From positions 282,897 to 346,896 of the forward strand of contig CAVVIC010000014.1 in the NCBI GenBank assembly GCA_963748045.1: a DNA stretch of 64,000 nt. The letters are read 5' to 3'. The position numbers and the translations under genes are program-made. Positions 31,626-41,811 of this stretch are shown piece after piece (within the stretch, counting starts at the first letter, position 1; every line of letters begins with the position of its first letter). Source of the stretch: an uncultured Gammaproteobacteria bacterium. GTDB lineage: Bacteria; Pseudomonadota; Gammaproteobacteria; Steroidobacterales; Rariloculaceae. Below the pieces are notes generated by a model, which had not been told where the DNA came from, did no database searches, and was given only the letters and a program-made list of their open reading frames with translations.

Positions 31626-32607
31626 ATGAGCTCAATCGATCGCCGCACGCTTCATCGCGAACAGCACGCTGCTCGCGCTCGCCGCTTACACGGGCCGCGC
31701 CGGCGCGCAGGACGCGCCGCGCAGCTCATTCGCCGCGGGCGCCACGGCCGAGGAAGTCACGGCCGGCATCGACCTTTCCGGCAAGACCATCGTCGTCACG
31801 GGCTGCAACTCCGGCATCGGCCTCGAGACGATGCGCGTGCTGGCGTTGCGCGGCGCGCACGTGATCGGTACTGCGCGCACGCTGGAGCGCGGCCAGGAAG
31901 CGTGCGCGAGCGTGCAGGGCAAGGCCACGCCCGTGGTGCTCGAGCTCTCCGACTTCGATTCCGTCGTCGCGTGCGCGAACGCGATCCGCGCGCTGAACAC
32001 GCCCATCGATGCGCTCGTGTGCAACGCCGGCGTGCTGCTGACGGACTTGCAGCAGGTCCGCGGCCTCGAGCTGCAGTTCGTCGTGAATCATCTTGGCCAC
32101 TTCATCCTCGTGAACCGGTTGCTCGAGCGCGTGACGGCTGCGCCGCAGGGCCGCGTCGTCGTCGTCGGCAGCGTCGCGCATCAGCAGGTGCCGCAGGGCG
32201 GCATCCAGTTCGACAATCTGTCGGGCAAGGGCTGGGAGCGGCAGGCGTACGGCCACTCGAAGCTCGCGAACGGGTTGTTCTCGCTCGAGCTCTCGAAGCG
32301 CCTCGCAGGCACGCGCGCGACGTCGAACTCGCTGCACCCCGGCGTCGTCGCGACGAACATCATGCGCAACATGAATTTCCGGCCGCCGGCGGGCGGTGGC
32401 GGTGGCGGCTTCGGCGGAATGGAAACGCCGGCGCAGGGCGCGGCCACGAGCTGCTATCTCGCGAGCAATCCCGCGCTCGCGCGCGTCAACGGGCTCTACT
32501 TCGCCGACTGCAATCCGGCCGAGCAGAGCAACTACCAGAAGGATCCCGCCATGGCCGCGAAGCTGTGGCAGGTCTCGACGGAGCTCACGCGGCCGTACCT
32601 CGTCTAG
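31626..32607 (+). pseudogene. Short-chain dehydrogenase/reductase with a Tat-like signal; one frame break near 31650
   Basis: The ATG at 31626 follows GGGGGGAAGGA. MSSIDRRT then shifts one base into FIANSTLLALAAYTGRAGAQD..IVVTGCNSGIGLET.. (TGxxxGIG) and ..YGHSK.. (YxxxK) in ORF 31831..32607. Confidence 0.8.
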
Positions 32608-32711
32608 CGCGACGCGCCGTCCGCCGACGCGCGCGGCTTCGGCTCGACCCGTACGCCGGAACCCGCTACGCTCGCGCGGCGACTTCCCCGCGCTACATAT
32701 CGAACTTTCCC

Positions 32712-33774
32712 ATGCAGTACTCGCGCCTCGGCGGCACCGGCCTCATCGTCTCCAAATTCGCGTTCGGCAGCATGACGTTCGGCACGGGCGGGCAGGGCCC
32801 GTTCGCGTCCGTCGTACAAGGTCGACCAGGCAGCCGCGAACGATCTCGTCGGGCGAGCGATCGACGCCGGCATCAACTTCTTCAACTCGGCCGACGTGTA
32901 CGCCGGCGGCGAGTCGGAACGCATTCTCGGCAAGGCGATCGGCGCCAAGCGTCACGAAGTCGTGATCGCGACGAAGGTCGGCAACCGCATGGGCCAGGGG
33001 CTCGTCGAGTCCGGTTTGTCGCGGCGGCACATTCTCGCTGCGGCCGACGCGAGCCTCGCGCGGCTCGGCACGGACTACATCGACGTGTACCTCGTGCACA
33101 AGGTCGACGCGCTGACGCCCGTCGAGGAGACGGTCGAAGCGCTCGAGGATCTCGTGCGGGCGGGCAAGGTGCGCTACGTCGGCTTCTCGAACTGGCCCGC
33201 GTGGATGGCGGCGAAGGCCGTCGGCATCCAGACGCGCGCGCGGCTACCAGCAGTTTCGCGGCGCCGAGATGTACTACTCGCTCGTGGGCCGCGATCTCGA
33301 GCACGAGGTGGCGCCGTTTTGCGCCGACGCCGGCATCGGCGTCATGGTGTGGAGCCCGCTCGCGGGCGGTTTCTTGAGCGGCAAGTACACGCGCGCGAAG
33401 CCGAAAGGCGAGAGCGGCGACCGGCTCGGCGGCTTCGACTTCCTGCCGTACGACCGTGAGCAGGGGTATCGGGTGATCGATCTCTTGCAGTCGATCGGCG
33501 CGAAGCGCGGCGCGTCACCGGCGCAGGTGTCGCTGGCGTGGCTGCTGACGCGGCCTACGGTCGCGTCGATTCTGGTTGGCGCGTCGAGTCGCAAGCAGCT
33601 CGACGGAGAACCTCGCCGCCGCGGCGGTGCAGCTCACGGCCGAAGATCTCGCCGCGCTCGACACGGCCACGAAGCCGACGGCAATCGTACCCGAACTGGT
33701 TCAACGAGCGCGTCGTCGACGGCAAGCAGTACCAGGCGCTCGGCCTGCCGCTCGCGGTGCCGCCAGTGCGGTGA
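32712..33774 (+). pseudogene. Aldo/keto reductase; about 4 frame breaks
   Basis: MQYSRLGGTGLIVSKFAFGSMTFG.., ..FFNSADVYAGGESERILGKAI..DYIDVYLVHKVD..GKVRYVGFSNW.. (ORF 32896..), ..MYYSLVGRDLEHEVAPFCADAGIGVMVWSPLAGGFLSGKY.. (ORF 33269..), and a tail in two further frames. Confidence 0.8.
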
Positions 33775-33844
33775 GCGGGCTCATTCCGGTTTCTGAGCGA
33801 ACCGTGCCGCAACGGGCGCGTCTAACAGGGCGAGGCAACCACTG

Positions 33845-34720
33845 ATGTTCGACGTGAAGACACCCTCGGTTCGAACTTCCGCCCAACGAGGTGGCGCGCA
33901 CCGCGTGTGGCTGCTCGGCGCTTTGCTCGTCGCCTCGTGTGTGATCGGCATCGCCGTCGCGGCGCCGCGACCCTTCCGCGTCTACCCCGGCGTCGAGCAC
34001 GAGGACGACCCGCTGCCGCCGGACTATAGGGTGCCGGCCGAGTGGGCGTTCGCCCGCTTGATGTACCCGCCGTGGCGCGGCGGTGGCCGCTACTATGGGT
34101 CGGATTGGCAGAATGGTCGAAGCAATTGGACGATCGACTATCCCGCCGCGGATCGGCATGTAGCGGTCATGGTGCGGCGATTGACGTCGATCGATACGCG
34201 CTCCGTCGAGCAGCCCGTGAACCTGGACGATGACGACGACGTGTTCAACTGGCCGTGGTTGTATGCGGTCGAGGTCGGGCACTGGGATTTGACCGACGCA
34301 CAGGCCGTGAAGCTGCGCGAGTACCTTACGCGTGGCGGTTTTCTGATGGTCGACGACTTCCACGGCAGCGTGGAGTGGGAAGTGTTCGTCGAGAGCATGC
34401 GGCGCGTATTCCACGACCGACCGATCGTCGAGATTCCGAACGAAGATCAGATCTTCCACATGTTCTGGGACCTCGACGACCGCGTGCAGGTGCCGGGCGC
34501 CCAGTACATCTACAGCCACAGGATTTACGAGCAAGACGGCGTGGTTCCGCGCTGGCGCGCGATCTACGACGACAAAGGGCGGATCATGGTCGCGATCTGC
34601 CACAACATGGATCTTGGCGATTCGGTCGAGCACTCCGATAACCCGCGGTACCCCGAGAAATACTCCGCGCAGGGCATGCGCACGTTCATCAACTACATCC
34701 TGTACTCGATGACGCACTGA
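33845..34720 (+). CDS. DUF4159-domain protein with an N-terminal membrane anchor
   Basis: Intact 291-aa ORF with ..NWTIDYPAADRHVAVMVRRLTSID..FNWPWLYAVEVGHWDLTDAQAVKLREYLTRGGFLMVDDFHG.., the usual DUF4159 pattern. Confidence 0.7.
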   Translation: MFDVKTPSVRTSAQRGGAHRVWLLGALLVASCVIGIAVAAPRPFRVYPGVEHEDDPLPPDYRVPAEWAFARLMYPPWRGGGRYYGSDWQNGRSNWTIDYPAADRHVAVMVRRLTSIDTRSVEQPVNLDDDDDVFNWPWLYAVEVGHWDLTDAQAVKLREYLTRGGFLMVDDFHGSVEWEVFVESMRRVFHDRPIVEIPNEDQIFHMFWDLDDRVQVPGAQYIYSHRIYEQDGVVPRWRAIYDDKGRIMVAICHNMDLGDSVEHSDNPRYPEKYSAQGMRTFINYILYSMTH

Positions 34721-34774
34721 TTCCGGGCGGAGAGATCTTCTCTTTCTGCCGCCGCCGCGCGCAACGCAGGCTAC

Positions 34775-34996
34775 CTAGAGGGGTTTTTCGCCGACGTACT
34801 TGGCGCGCGGCCGGATGATGGCGTCGTGCCCGTACTGCTCGATGGCGTGGCCGATCCAACCGATGGTACGGCCGAGCGCGAACAGCGTGAGCGCCGGGCC
34901 GTTCGGCAAACCGAGCGCTTTGGCGAACGCGACGAGCGCGAAGTCCACGACGGCGCGCAACGCGATGCAGAGCAGTCTCACGACTACGCTCGGCAC
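34775..34996 (-). pseudogene. Remnant of a citrate/2-methylcitrate synthase gene (last ~60 codons only)
   Basis: ..VDFALVAFAKALGLPNGPALTLFALGRTIGWIGHAIEQYGHDAIIRPRAKYVGEKPL matches the extreme C-terminus of citrate synthases. Compare E. coli GltA ..NVDFYSGIILKAMGIP..FAMARTVGWIAHW..IARPRQLYTG, quoted from memory. The upstream ~370 codons are absent. Confidence 0.6.
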
Positions 34997-35698
34997 GCTC
35001 GGTGCGACGCAGGTGCGGTTCGTCTACGGCTTGCCGTTCGCGCTGGTGCTTCTCGCAATCGTGACCGCGTTCGCGCACGCGCGCGTGCCGCCGCCGACGC
35101 CTACCTTCCTCGCGTTCGCGGCCTCCGGCGCGCTCGTGCAGATCGCGGGAACGGCGTTTCTGCTCGCTGCCATGCAGGCGCGCTCGTTTTCCGTGGCCAC
35201 GGCACTGAGCAGGACCGAGGCCGTGCAGGTGGCGCTATTCGGTTTCGCCGTGCTCGGCGACGCGCTGACGTGGTCGCGCGCGATCGCGATCCTGATCGCC
35301 ACGGCCGGCGTCTTGATCGTGGCCGTGAAGCCCGGCCAGAAGTGGGATCGGCAGAGCCTGAAGCCCGCGGTGCTCGGTGTCGCGTCGGGCTCGTTCTTCG
35401 CGCTCGCGTCGGTGAGCTTTCGCGGCGCGATCCTCGCGCTGCCGGAAGGCGTCTATTTCCTGCGCGCGACGACGGCGCTCGTGTGGTCGCTCGGCATCCA
35501 GGTCACGGTGCTCGGCGTGTGGCTCGCGATCATGAACCGGGAAGCGCTGCTGCGCAGCGTGAAGCTGTGGCGCCAGTCGCTGTTCGCCGGCTTCATGAGC
35601 GCGTTTGCATCGCAGTTCTGGTTCTTCGGTCTCTCGTTGAGCTCGTCGGCAGGGCGCTCGTCGTGGCGGGCGTAGCGCTGCTGCTCGCGGTGGTCTAG
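34965..35698 (+). pseudogene. EamA/DMT-family transporter, apparently 5'-truncated, with a frame break near 35625
   Basis: ..GATQVRFVYGLPFALVLLAIV.., ..WSRAIAILIATAGVLIVAVKP.., and a second repeat ..LGVASGSFFALASVSFRGAI... The first TM helix seems to be missing. The last ~25 codons (LVELVGRALVVAGVALLLAVV) lie in another frame that ends at 35698. Confidence 0.6.
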
Positions 35699-35702
35699 AG
35701 CC

Positions 35703-36859
35703 TCAGCTGCGCTTGCGCCACAGGCGCGCGGATGCGAGCGCCGCGCCTTCGGCCAGCGCGCCGAGCTTCTTGTAGGCGATGCCGGGGTCCACGCGCGAAT
35801 AGCCGGCGAACGAGCCGAAGCCGCAGTCGGTGCCCGCGAGCACGCGCTCGCGCCCCACGATGTCGGCGTACTGGCAAAGCTGCTCCGCGATCAGCCGCGG
35901 ATGCTCCACGTAGTTCGACGTCGACATGATGCAGCCCGGGATCAGCACCTTGTCGTCGGGCAGTTTCGCGTCCTGCCACACTTCGAGCTCGTGGCGATGC
36001 CGCGGGTTCGCGGCTTCGAACAGGATGCCGGCGGGTTTGGCCTTGAGCACGAGCCCGAGAACCTTCTCGAGCGCGATGTCGCAATCGTGCGGGCCTTCGT
36101 AGTTGCCCCAGCAGATGTGCATGCGCATGCGATCGGCCGGGATGTCGCGCACGGCGTGGTTCAGCGCTTCGACCTGATACGCGGCGCGCTTCAGGAACTC
36201 CGCTTCGTCGAGCTCCTGGAAACCCGTGTGCCGCGCCATCGCGAGATCGGGGCAGTCGAGCTGCAGCACGAAGCCGGCGGCGACGATCGCGTCGTACTCC
36301 GGCTTCATGGCCGCTGACGATCGCGTCGACGTACGCCTCGTGCGTCGGGTAGTAGCTGGTTCGACTGGAACGCCGAGATCACGCCCGGCGACGCCGCGTT
36401 CATGAACGCTTCGACGGGCGGGTGCTCGGCGATGGCCGCGGTCAAGTTCGCGACGTCTATCTTCATCGCGTCGCGATCGACGAGCTCGATCGGGCCGACG
36501 CACGCCGCGCGTTTGAACGACTGCTTGCCCATCATGCGCGCCATCGCTTCGCGGAACTCGGGGTACGGCGCGAGATCTTTGTGCGGCGGGCGCGGAACGT
36601 GGCCCGCGAATCCGGACAGGCGGTCCTTGATGTACGTGGCGTAGCCGACCTTGCTGGTCTCGCCGTCGCTGACGACGTCGATGCCGGCGGCGTGTTGTTT
36701 CGCGACGGCTTCGGCGACGCCGGCCTGCATCGCGGCTGCGAACGCGGCGCGATCGTACGGCTCGCCGTTCTCCTTCTTATAGAGGAAGTCGACGACGGCG
36801 GCGCTGCGGGGCAGGCTGCCGACGTGCGTCGTCAGAATCCGGTCGGTCGAGAGTTTCAT
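35703..36859 (-). pseudogene. Cobalamin-independent methionine-synthase-like (MetE C-terminal domain family) protein; one frame break near 36350
   Basis: The ATG at 36859 follows GAGG. MKLSTDRILTTHVGSLPRS.. is in ORF 36305..36907. It continues in ORF 35703..36503 (..MHICWGNYEGPHDCDI..AGTDCGFGSFAG..). Confidence 0.75.
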
Positions 36860-36976
36860 CGTCACCTCGTTCGCGGCGCGTGCTGCGCGGCCGCGGAAGG
36901 GCGTCATTGTGGCTCACGGCCGGGGCGAAATTCGAGCGTCGGCTGCGATTGACGACCCCGCGAGTGGCGTGGTCTA

Positions 36977-37378
36977 GTGCCGCGAATGCAAACCTTCCTC
37001 AAAAACCTGATCGAGCGCTGGCGCGCGCCCGGTAGCCAGCATGCGGGCGGCACGAGCGACAGCGCGCGTTTCGAGATCCTGCTCGAAGAGCGCGAGCCGC
37101 TCGATCGCTGGACGCTGTGCACGGTGTGCCTGAACGTCGATCGCAGCCTAGCCGTGGTGCGCCGCCGCTGGCGGTGCTCGGACTGCGGTGTGGATTCGAG
37201 TAACGACACGCAGCAGCCGCTGAAAGCGTATCTGACCACCACTTCGGCCGAGACGATCGAGAAGAACCTGCGCGAGTGGATGAACGTGAAGGGCGCTCGC
37301 GTGGCGTATAGGACGCTGCGCGCCGCACGCTACAAGTGCCTGCTGGTGCTCCAGAAGCGCTTGCTGAGTCAAGGCTGA
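36977..37378 (+). CDS. Small zinc-ribbon protein of unknown function (alternative ATG at 36986)
   Basis: Intact ORF with genome-typical GC3-rich codons. It has a CxxC...CxxC pair (LCTVCLNVD...WRCSDCG). It ends 5 nt before the next gene's ATG. Confidence 0.5.
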   Translation: MPRMQTFLKNLIERWRAPGSQHAGGTSDSARFEILLEEREPLDRWTLCTVCLNVDRSLAVVRRRWRCSDCGVDSSNDTQQPLKAYLTTTSAETIEKNLREWMNVKGARVAYRTLRAARYKCLLVLQKRLLSQG

Positions 37379-37383
37379 AGCGC

Positions 37384-37803
37384 ATGCCGCTGCTTGCCGA
37401 TCGCATCGATCACATCGTGTTGACGGTCGCCGACATCGAGGCGACGACGCAGTTCTACGAGCGTGCGCTGGGATTCACGCGCGAATTCTTCCACGGCCCC
37501 GGCGGCGCGCCGCGCTACGCGCTGAAGTTCGGCCGGCAAAAAATCAACCTCCAGGATCGCGACACACAAACGCCCACGAAGGCGCAGCAGCCGACGTTCG
37601 GCTCGGGCGATTTCTGCCTGCTCGCGACCGTGCCGCTCGACGACGTCATCGCGCACCTGAAAGCCGTGAACGTCGCGATCGAGGCCGGGCCCGTGCCGCG
37701 GCGTGGCGCCGTCGGCGCGCTGCGCTCGATCTACTTCCGCGACCCCGACGGCAACCTCGTGGAGGTGGCCGAGTACGTACCGGCTGCATCGGAAACGCCA
37801 TGA
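37384..37803 (+). CDS. VOC-family (glyoxalase/bleomycin-resistance/dioxygenase fold) protein
   Basis: MPLLADRIDHIVLTVADIEATTQFYERALGF.. and ..IYFRDPDGNLVEVAEY.. are typical of the family. Its stop overlaps the gltX start (ATGA). Confidence 0.8.
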   Translation: MPLLADRIDHIVLTVADIEATTQFYERALGFTREFFHGPGGAPRYALKFGRQKINLQDRDTQTPTKAQQPTFGSGDFCLLATVPLDDVIAHLKAVNVAIEAGPVPRRGAVGALRSIYFRDPDGNLVEVAEYVPAASETP

Positions 37804-39218
37804 CCGTTCGATCCCGCTTCGCCCCGAGCCCCACGGGCTATCTGCACATCGGCAGCGTGCGCACCGCGCTGTACGCGTGGCTGTATGCGCGCCGGTTCGG
37901 CGGCACCTTCATCCTGCGGATCGAGGACACCGACCGGGCGCGTTCCACGCAGGCTGCCGTCGACGCGGTCCTCGAGGGCCTGAAATGGGTCGGCATCGAC
38001 GCCGACGAGGGGCCGTTCTATCAGACGCAGCGCTTCCCGCGTTACGCCGAGGTCGTCGAGCAGATGCTCGCGGCCGGCACTGCGTATCGCTGCTATTGCT
38101 CGCGCGAGGAGCTCGACGCGATGCGGGCGGCCGCGCAGGCCGAGGGCCGCAAGCCGCGGTACGACGGCCGCTGCCGCGAGCGTAAAGAGCCGATCGCGGG
38201 TGTCGCGCCGGCGATTCGCTTCAAGAACCCGCAGGCGGGCGAGGTCGTCGTCGACGACCGCGTGAAGGGCAGGATCGTCTTCGACAACGGCGAGCTCGAC
38301 GATCTCGTGATCGCGCGCTCCGACGGCACGCCCACTTACAACTTCACCGTCGTCGTCGACGACATCGACATGCGCATCACGCACGTGATCCGCGGTGACG
38401 ATCACGTCAACAACACGCCGCGGCAGATGAACATGTTTCGCGCGCTCGGCGCGGAGCCGCCCGTGTACGCGCACTTGCCCATGATCAACGGTGCGGACGG
38501 CGCGAAGTTGTCGAAGCGCCACGGCGCGGTCAACGTGCTCGAGTACCGCGAGATGGGCTTCCTGCCGCACGGGCTTCTGAATTACCTGCTGAGACTCGGC
38601 TGGTCGCACGGCGATCAGGAGATCTTCTCGCGCGATGAGATGACGGCGAATTTCGATCTCGACAAAGTCAGCCGCTCGGCCGCGAACTTCGACCCGGCCA
38701 AGCTGCTGTGGGTCAACCAGCAGCACATCCAGACGGCGCCGGAGCAGCAGCTCGCGGACCTGCTTGCGGAGCAGCTGGAGCGCCAGGGGCTCGATCCCAA
38801 GAACGGGCCGCCGCTGTCGCGCGCGGTCGCGGCTTTGCGCGGTCGCAGCCAAACGCTACGCGAGATGGCGGAGCAGGCACACTGCTACTACGAGGAGTTC
38901 GAGGAGTTCGATCCGAAGTCGGCGCAAAGCTACCTGCGATCCGCGGCGCGTGCGCCGCTGATCGCGGTTCGCCAGGCGCTCGCCGAGCTGCCCGCGTGGT
39001 CGGGCGAAGCGGCGGAGGCCGCGGTCAAGGACGCTGCCGCTCGCTTGGAGCTGAAGCTCGGCGTAGTCGCGCAGCCATTGCGCGTGGCGCTCACCGGCCG
39101 CGCGGCCTCGCCCGGCATCGGCCAGACGTTAGAGCTGGTCGGCCGCGCGCGCGCGCAGCAGCGGATCGATCGCGCGCTGCGCTACATCGAGACACACGAG
39201 TCCGCCGGCGGCGGCTAA
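37800..39218 (+). CDS. gltX: Glutamate--tRNA ligase
   Basis: RFAPSPTGYLHIGSVRTALY (HIGH motif), ..ILRIEDTD.. and ..KLSKRHG.. (KMSKS motif). Intact 472-aa ORF. Confidence 0.95.
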   Translation: MTVRSRFAPSPTGYLHIGSVRTALYAWLYARRFGGTFILRIEDTDRARSTQAAVDAVLEGLKWVGIDADEGPFYQTQRFPRYAEVVEQMLAAGTAYRCYCSREELDAMRAAAQAEGRKPRYDGRCRERKEPIAGVAPAIRFKNPQAGEVVVDDRVKGRIVFDNGELDDLVIARSDGTPTYNFTVVVDDIDMRITHVIRGDDHVNNTPRQMNMFRALGAEPPVYAHLPMINGADGAKLSKRHGAVNVLEYREMGFLPHGLLNYLLRLGWSHGDQEIFSRDEMTANFDLDKVSRSAANFDPAKLLWVNQQHIQTAPEQQLADLLAEQLERQGLDPKNGPPLSRAVAALRGRSQTLREMAEQAHCYYEEFEEFDPKSAQSYLRSAARAPLIAVRQALAELPAWSGEAAEAAVKDAAARLELKLGVVAQPLRVALTGRAASPGIGQTLELVGRARAQQRIDRALRYIETHESAGGG

Positions 39219-40797
39219 CCCGGGGGCTGACCGTCCGTTGTGCGCGTACGCGTGATGTGTAGATGCGGTGTGGCGGCGGGCGCAGCCGCGTTCGGGTCGC
39301 GTACCACGAGGTGCCCCATCATGCCGGCCTCGGCGTGATCGAGGATGTGGCAGTGGAACATCCACGTGCCGGGGCGCTCGTCGAAGCGCACGGCGATCGC
39401 ATAGCTCGGACTTCGTCGGCACGTTCACCGTGTCCTTCCACTCCGGCACGCGCGTTCGGGTCGAGCACCTGGAAGAAATAGCCGTGCATGTGGAACGGGT
39501 GCGAGAAGTCCGTGTTGTTCGTGATGTGCCAGACCTGCGTCTCGCCGAGCTGGCCTTCGAGCGGCGGCGCTTTCCAGAACGGAATGCCGTTCACGCCCAT
39601 CTCGACGTTGCCGCTGTTGATCGCGATCGTGAGGTTCAGGTTGCGCTCGGTCGCGCCCGTCACGTCGATCGGCTCGATGTGGCGTAGATCCATCGGGATC
39701 GGCTCCGGCGTGACGGCCGCGTCGGCCACGGTCTCGATCTTCAGCATGTCGACCGAGGCGCGGTTGAACGTGCTGCCGTAGCCGCGCTCGGTCGGCACCC
39801 AGCGCAGCAGCGTGTTGCTGCCGGGCGCATCGGCCGGCGTGAACACGGCGTCCGCGCGCTCGCCGGGCACGACGAGCAGGCCGTACGTGTCGACGGCGCG
39901 CGCCGCGAGCCCGTTGTCGCCGCCGAGCTTCATGAAGCGATGATTGCGCATGCGCACGTTGTAGTAGCGCGCGCGCGTCGCGTTGATGATGCGCCAGCGC
40001 TGCTGCTTGCCCGCGCGCACCTTCAGCGTCGGCAGCACCTTGCCGTTCACGAGCAGCACGGCGCCTTCGCGGCCGAATAGATCGCCGAAGTCGCCGCCGC
40101 TGTCGGCCGGCAGCATTTCGCCGTCTTCGCCGAGGCTCATGTCGGACAGCAGCAGCACGAGGTCGTCGCCGAACGCCTTCGGATCGTTCGGGTCCTCGAC
40201 CAGGATCGCGCCGTACAGGCCGCGCCCGACTTGCGCCGACGAATCGACGTGCGGGTGGTACCAGTACGTGCCGGGGTCGCGCAGCGTGAAGTCGTAGGTG
40301 AATTCGCCGCCGGGCGGGATCGGGTCCTGCGTGGCGCCCGGTGCGCCGTCCATGTTGTTCGGCACGCGCAGCCCGTGCCAGTGGATCGTCGTTTCCTGCG
40401 GCAGCGAGTTCTTGAAGTGCACGATCACGCGGTCGCCGACCTGGCCGCGAATCAACGGTCCCGGGATCTTGCCGTTGTACGTCCACACGGTGGTTTTGTG
40501 GCCGGGCAGGATTTCGAGCTCGGTCGACCTTGGCTTCGAGGTTGAACTCGAGCACGTGCGGGTCGGGGTTCAAGTCCTCCGGCTGCGGCAGCGCGAGGTC
40601 GTCGGCCCAACCTTGCGGTTGGGCGACTTCGTGCGCCGCCTGCTGCGGCGCCTGCGGCGTGGCCGGCGGCCGCGCGCAGCCGCCGAGCAAGCAGCCGCGC
40701 AACTCGCTGACATCGCAATGGCTTTTCGCAAACGAACCCCCGCCGAACTGGCAGCCAACACGGTCAGTCTCGGCGACCGTGCCTGGCCCCAGGCCAT
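39215..40797 (-). pseudogene. Three-domain multicopper oxidase; about 4-5 frame breaks; 5' end uncertain
   Basis: Copper-site motifs ..TTIHWHGLRVPN.. and ..HPFHMHGYFF.. lie in ORF 39319..40488. A hand-read frame gives ..MFHCHILDHAEAGMMGHLVV.. with its stop at 39215-39217. N-terminal pieces lie in two other frames. Confidence 0.8.
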
Positions 40798-40891
40798 TGG
40801 TAATAGTACGTAACGATGCGCGCCGGTACCGGCCACCGGGCGGGCAGCGTAGACTCGGTCGAACTCGAGGCGCCACTGCAGGAGCGGCAGT

Positions 40892-41309
40892 ATGCCCGGA
40901 CGAGCGAAGGCTGCGCGCGCGCAGCCCAAGTCGGCCAGCAAACGCGACCGCGTGAGGGCGTTGTGCGAAGCGCTGCCGCACGCGGAGCACAAGCGCACAG
41001 GGCGACCACGACACGTACCGCGTGCGCGGCAAAGTGTTCGCGTATTTCCTCGACAACCATCACGGCGACGGCATCGTGTCGGTGTGCGTGAAGAGCGAGC
41101 TCGGCGAGAACGTCGACCGCGCGCGGCTCTTTCCGGAGCGGTTCTACTTGCCCGACTATATCGGGCCGCGCGGCTGGTTCGGAATGCGTCTCGATCGCGG
41201 CCGCGTGGCGTGGCGCGAAGTGGCGGAGATTCTCGAGCGCAGCTATCAGGCTCACGGCGCCGAAGAGCTGCATCGCGAAGCTCGACGGCGCGCAGGGTGC
41301 TTTGGATAA
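40892..41309 (+). pseudogene. MmcQ/YjbR-family protein; one frame break near 41005
   Basis: ORF 40892.. (MPGRAKAARAQPKSASKRDRVRALCEALPHAE..) joins ORF 41022..41309 (..RGKVFAYFLDNHHGDGIVSVCVKS..YIGPRGWFGMRLD..ILERSY..). Confidence 0.6.
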
Positions 41310-41388
41310 TCGGCGACGGCCACGCAAGGCCGCTCGCTCGCGAGGGGTAGGAGCATGACACTGGTGGAGTTGGGGCATTCTCGGCGTC

Positions 41389-41787
41389 GTGCTGCTCGGC
41401 CTCGAGCTGGGCGCCATCGACGCGCAGTTCTTTCTCGTATTCGCCGGCGTCGCGGCGATCGTCGTGGGCCTGCTCGGGCTCGTCGGTATCGATCTGCCAC
41501 AGTGGGCGCAGTGGATTGCGTTCGCGGTGCTGGCGCTGGTCGCGATGTTCACGATCCGGCGGCAGATCTACGAGAAGCTGCTGAGCAAGCCGGGCGGCAA
41601 GGTCAACTCGGACATTCACCAGCACGTGGTCGTCGCGCAGGCGCTCGAGCCCGGCAAGTCGTGCCGCATCGAGTACCGCGGCAGCGGCTGGACGGCTATC
41701 AACGTCGGCAAGGAATCGATTCCGGCCGGCGGCGAGGCGCGGATCGAATCGATCGACGGGCTCACGCTGCACGTTCGGGCGCTCTGA
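41389..41787 (+). CDS. NfeD-family membrane protein (short form); the start may instead be the ATG at 41355 with an early frame break
   Basis: Two TM helices are followed by a C-terminal OB-like segment ..GKSCRIEYRGSGWTAINVG... It sits directly upstream of an SPFH gene, the classic NfeD-SPFH pairing. Confidence 0.75.
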   Translation: MLLGLELGAIDAQFFLVFAGVAAIVVGLLGLVGIDLPQWAQWIAFAVLALVAMFTIRRQIYEKLLSKPGGKVNSDIHQHVVVAQALEPGKSCRIEYRGSGWTAINVGKESIPAGGEARIESIDGLTLHVRAL

Positions 41788-41811
41788 GCGCGGCATAACA
41801 AGGAGAAACGC

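Noticed and set aside
32393-32420. A GGC/GGT-rich tandem-looking stretch.
   Set aside because: It simply encodes a Gly run (GGGGGGFGG) inside the SDR gene. It is not a CRISPR array, a VNTR or an intergenic repeat.
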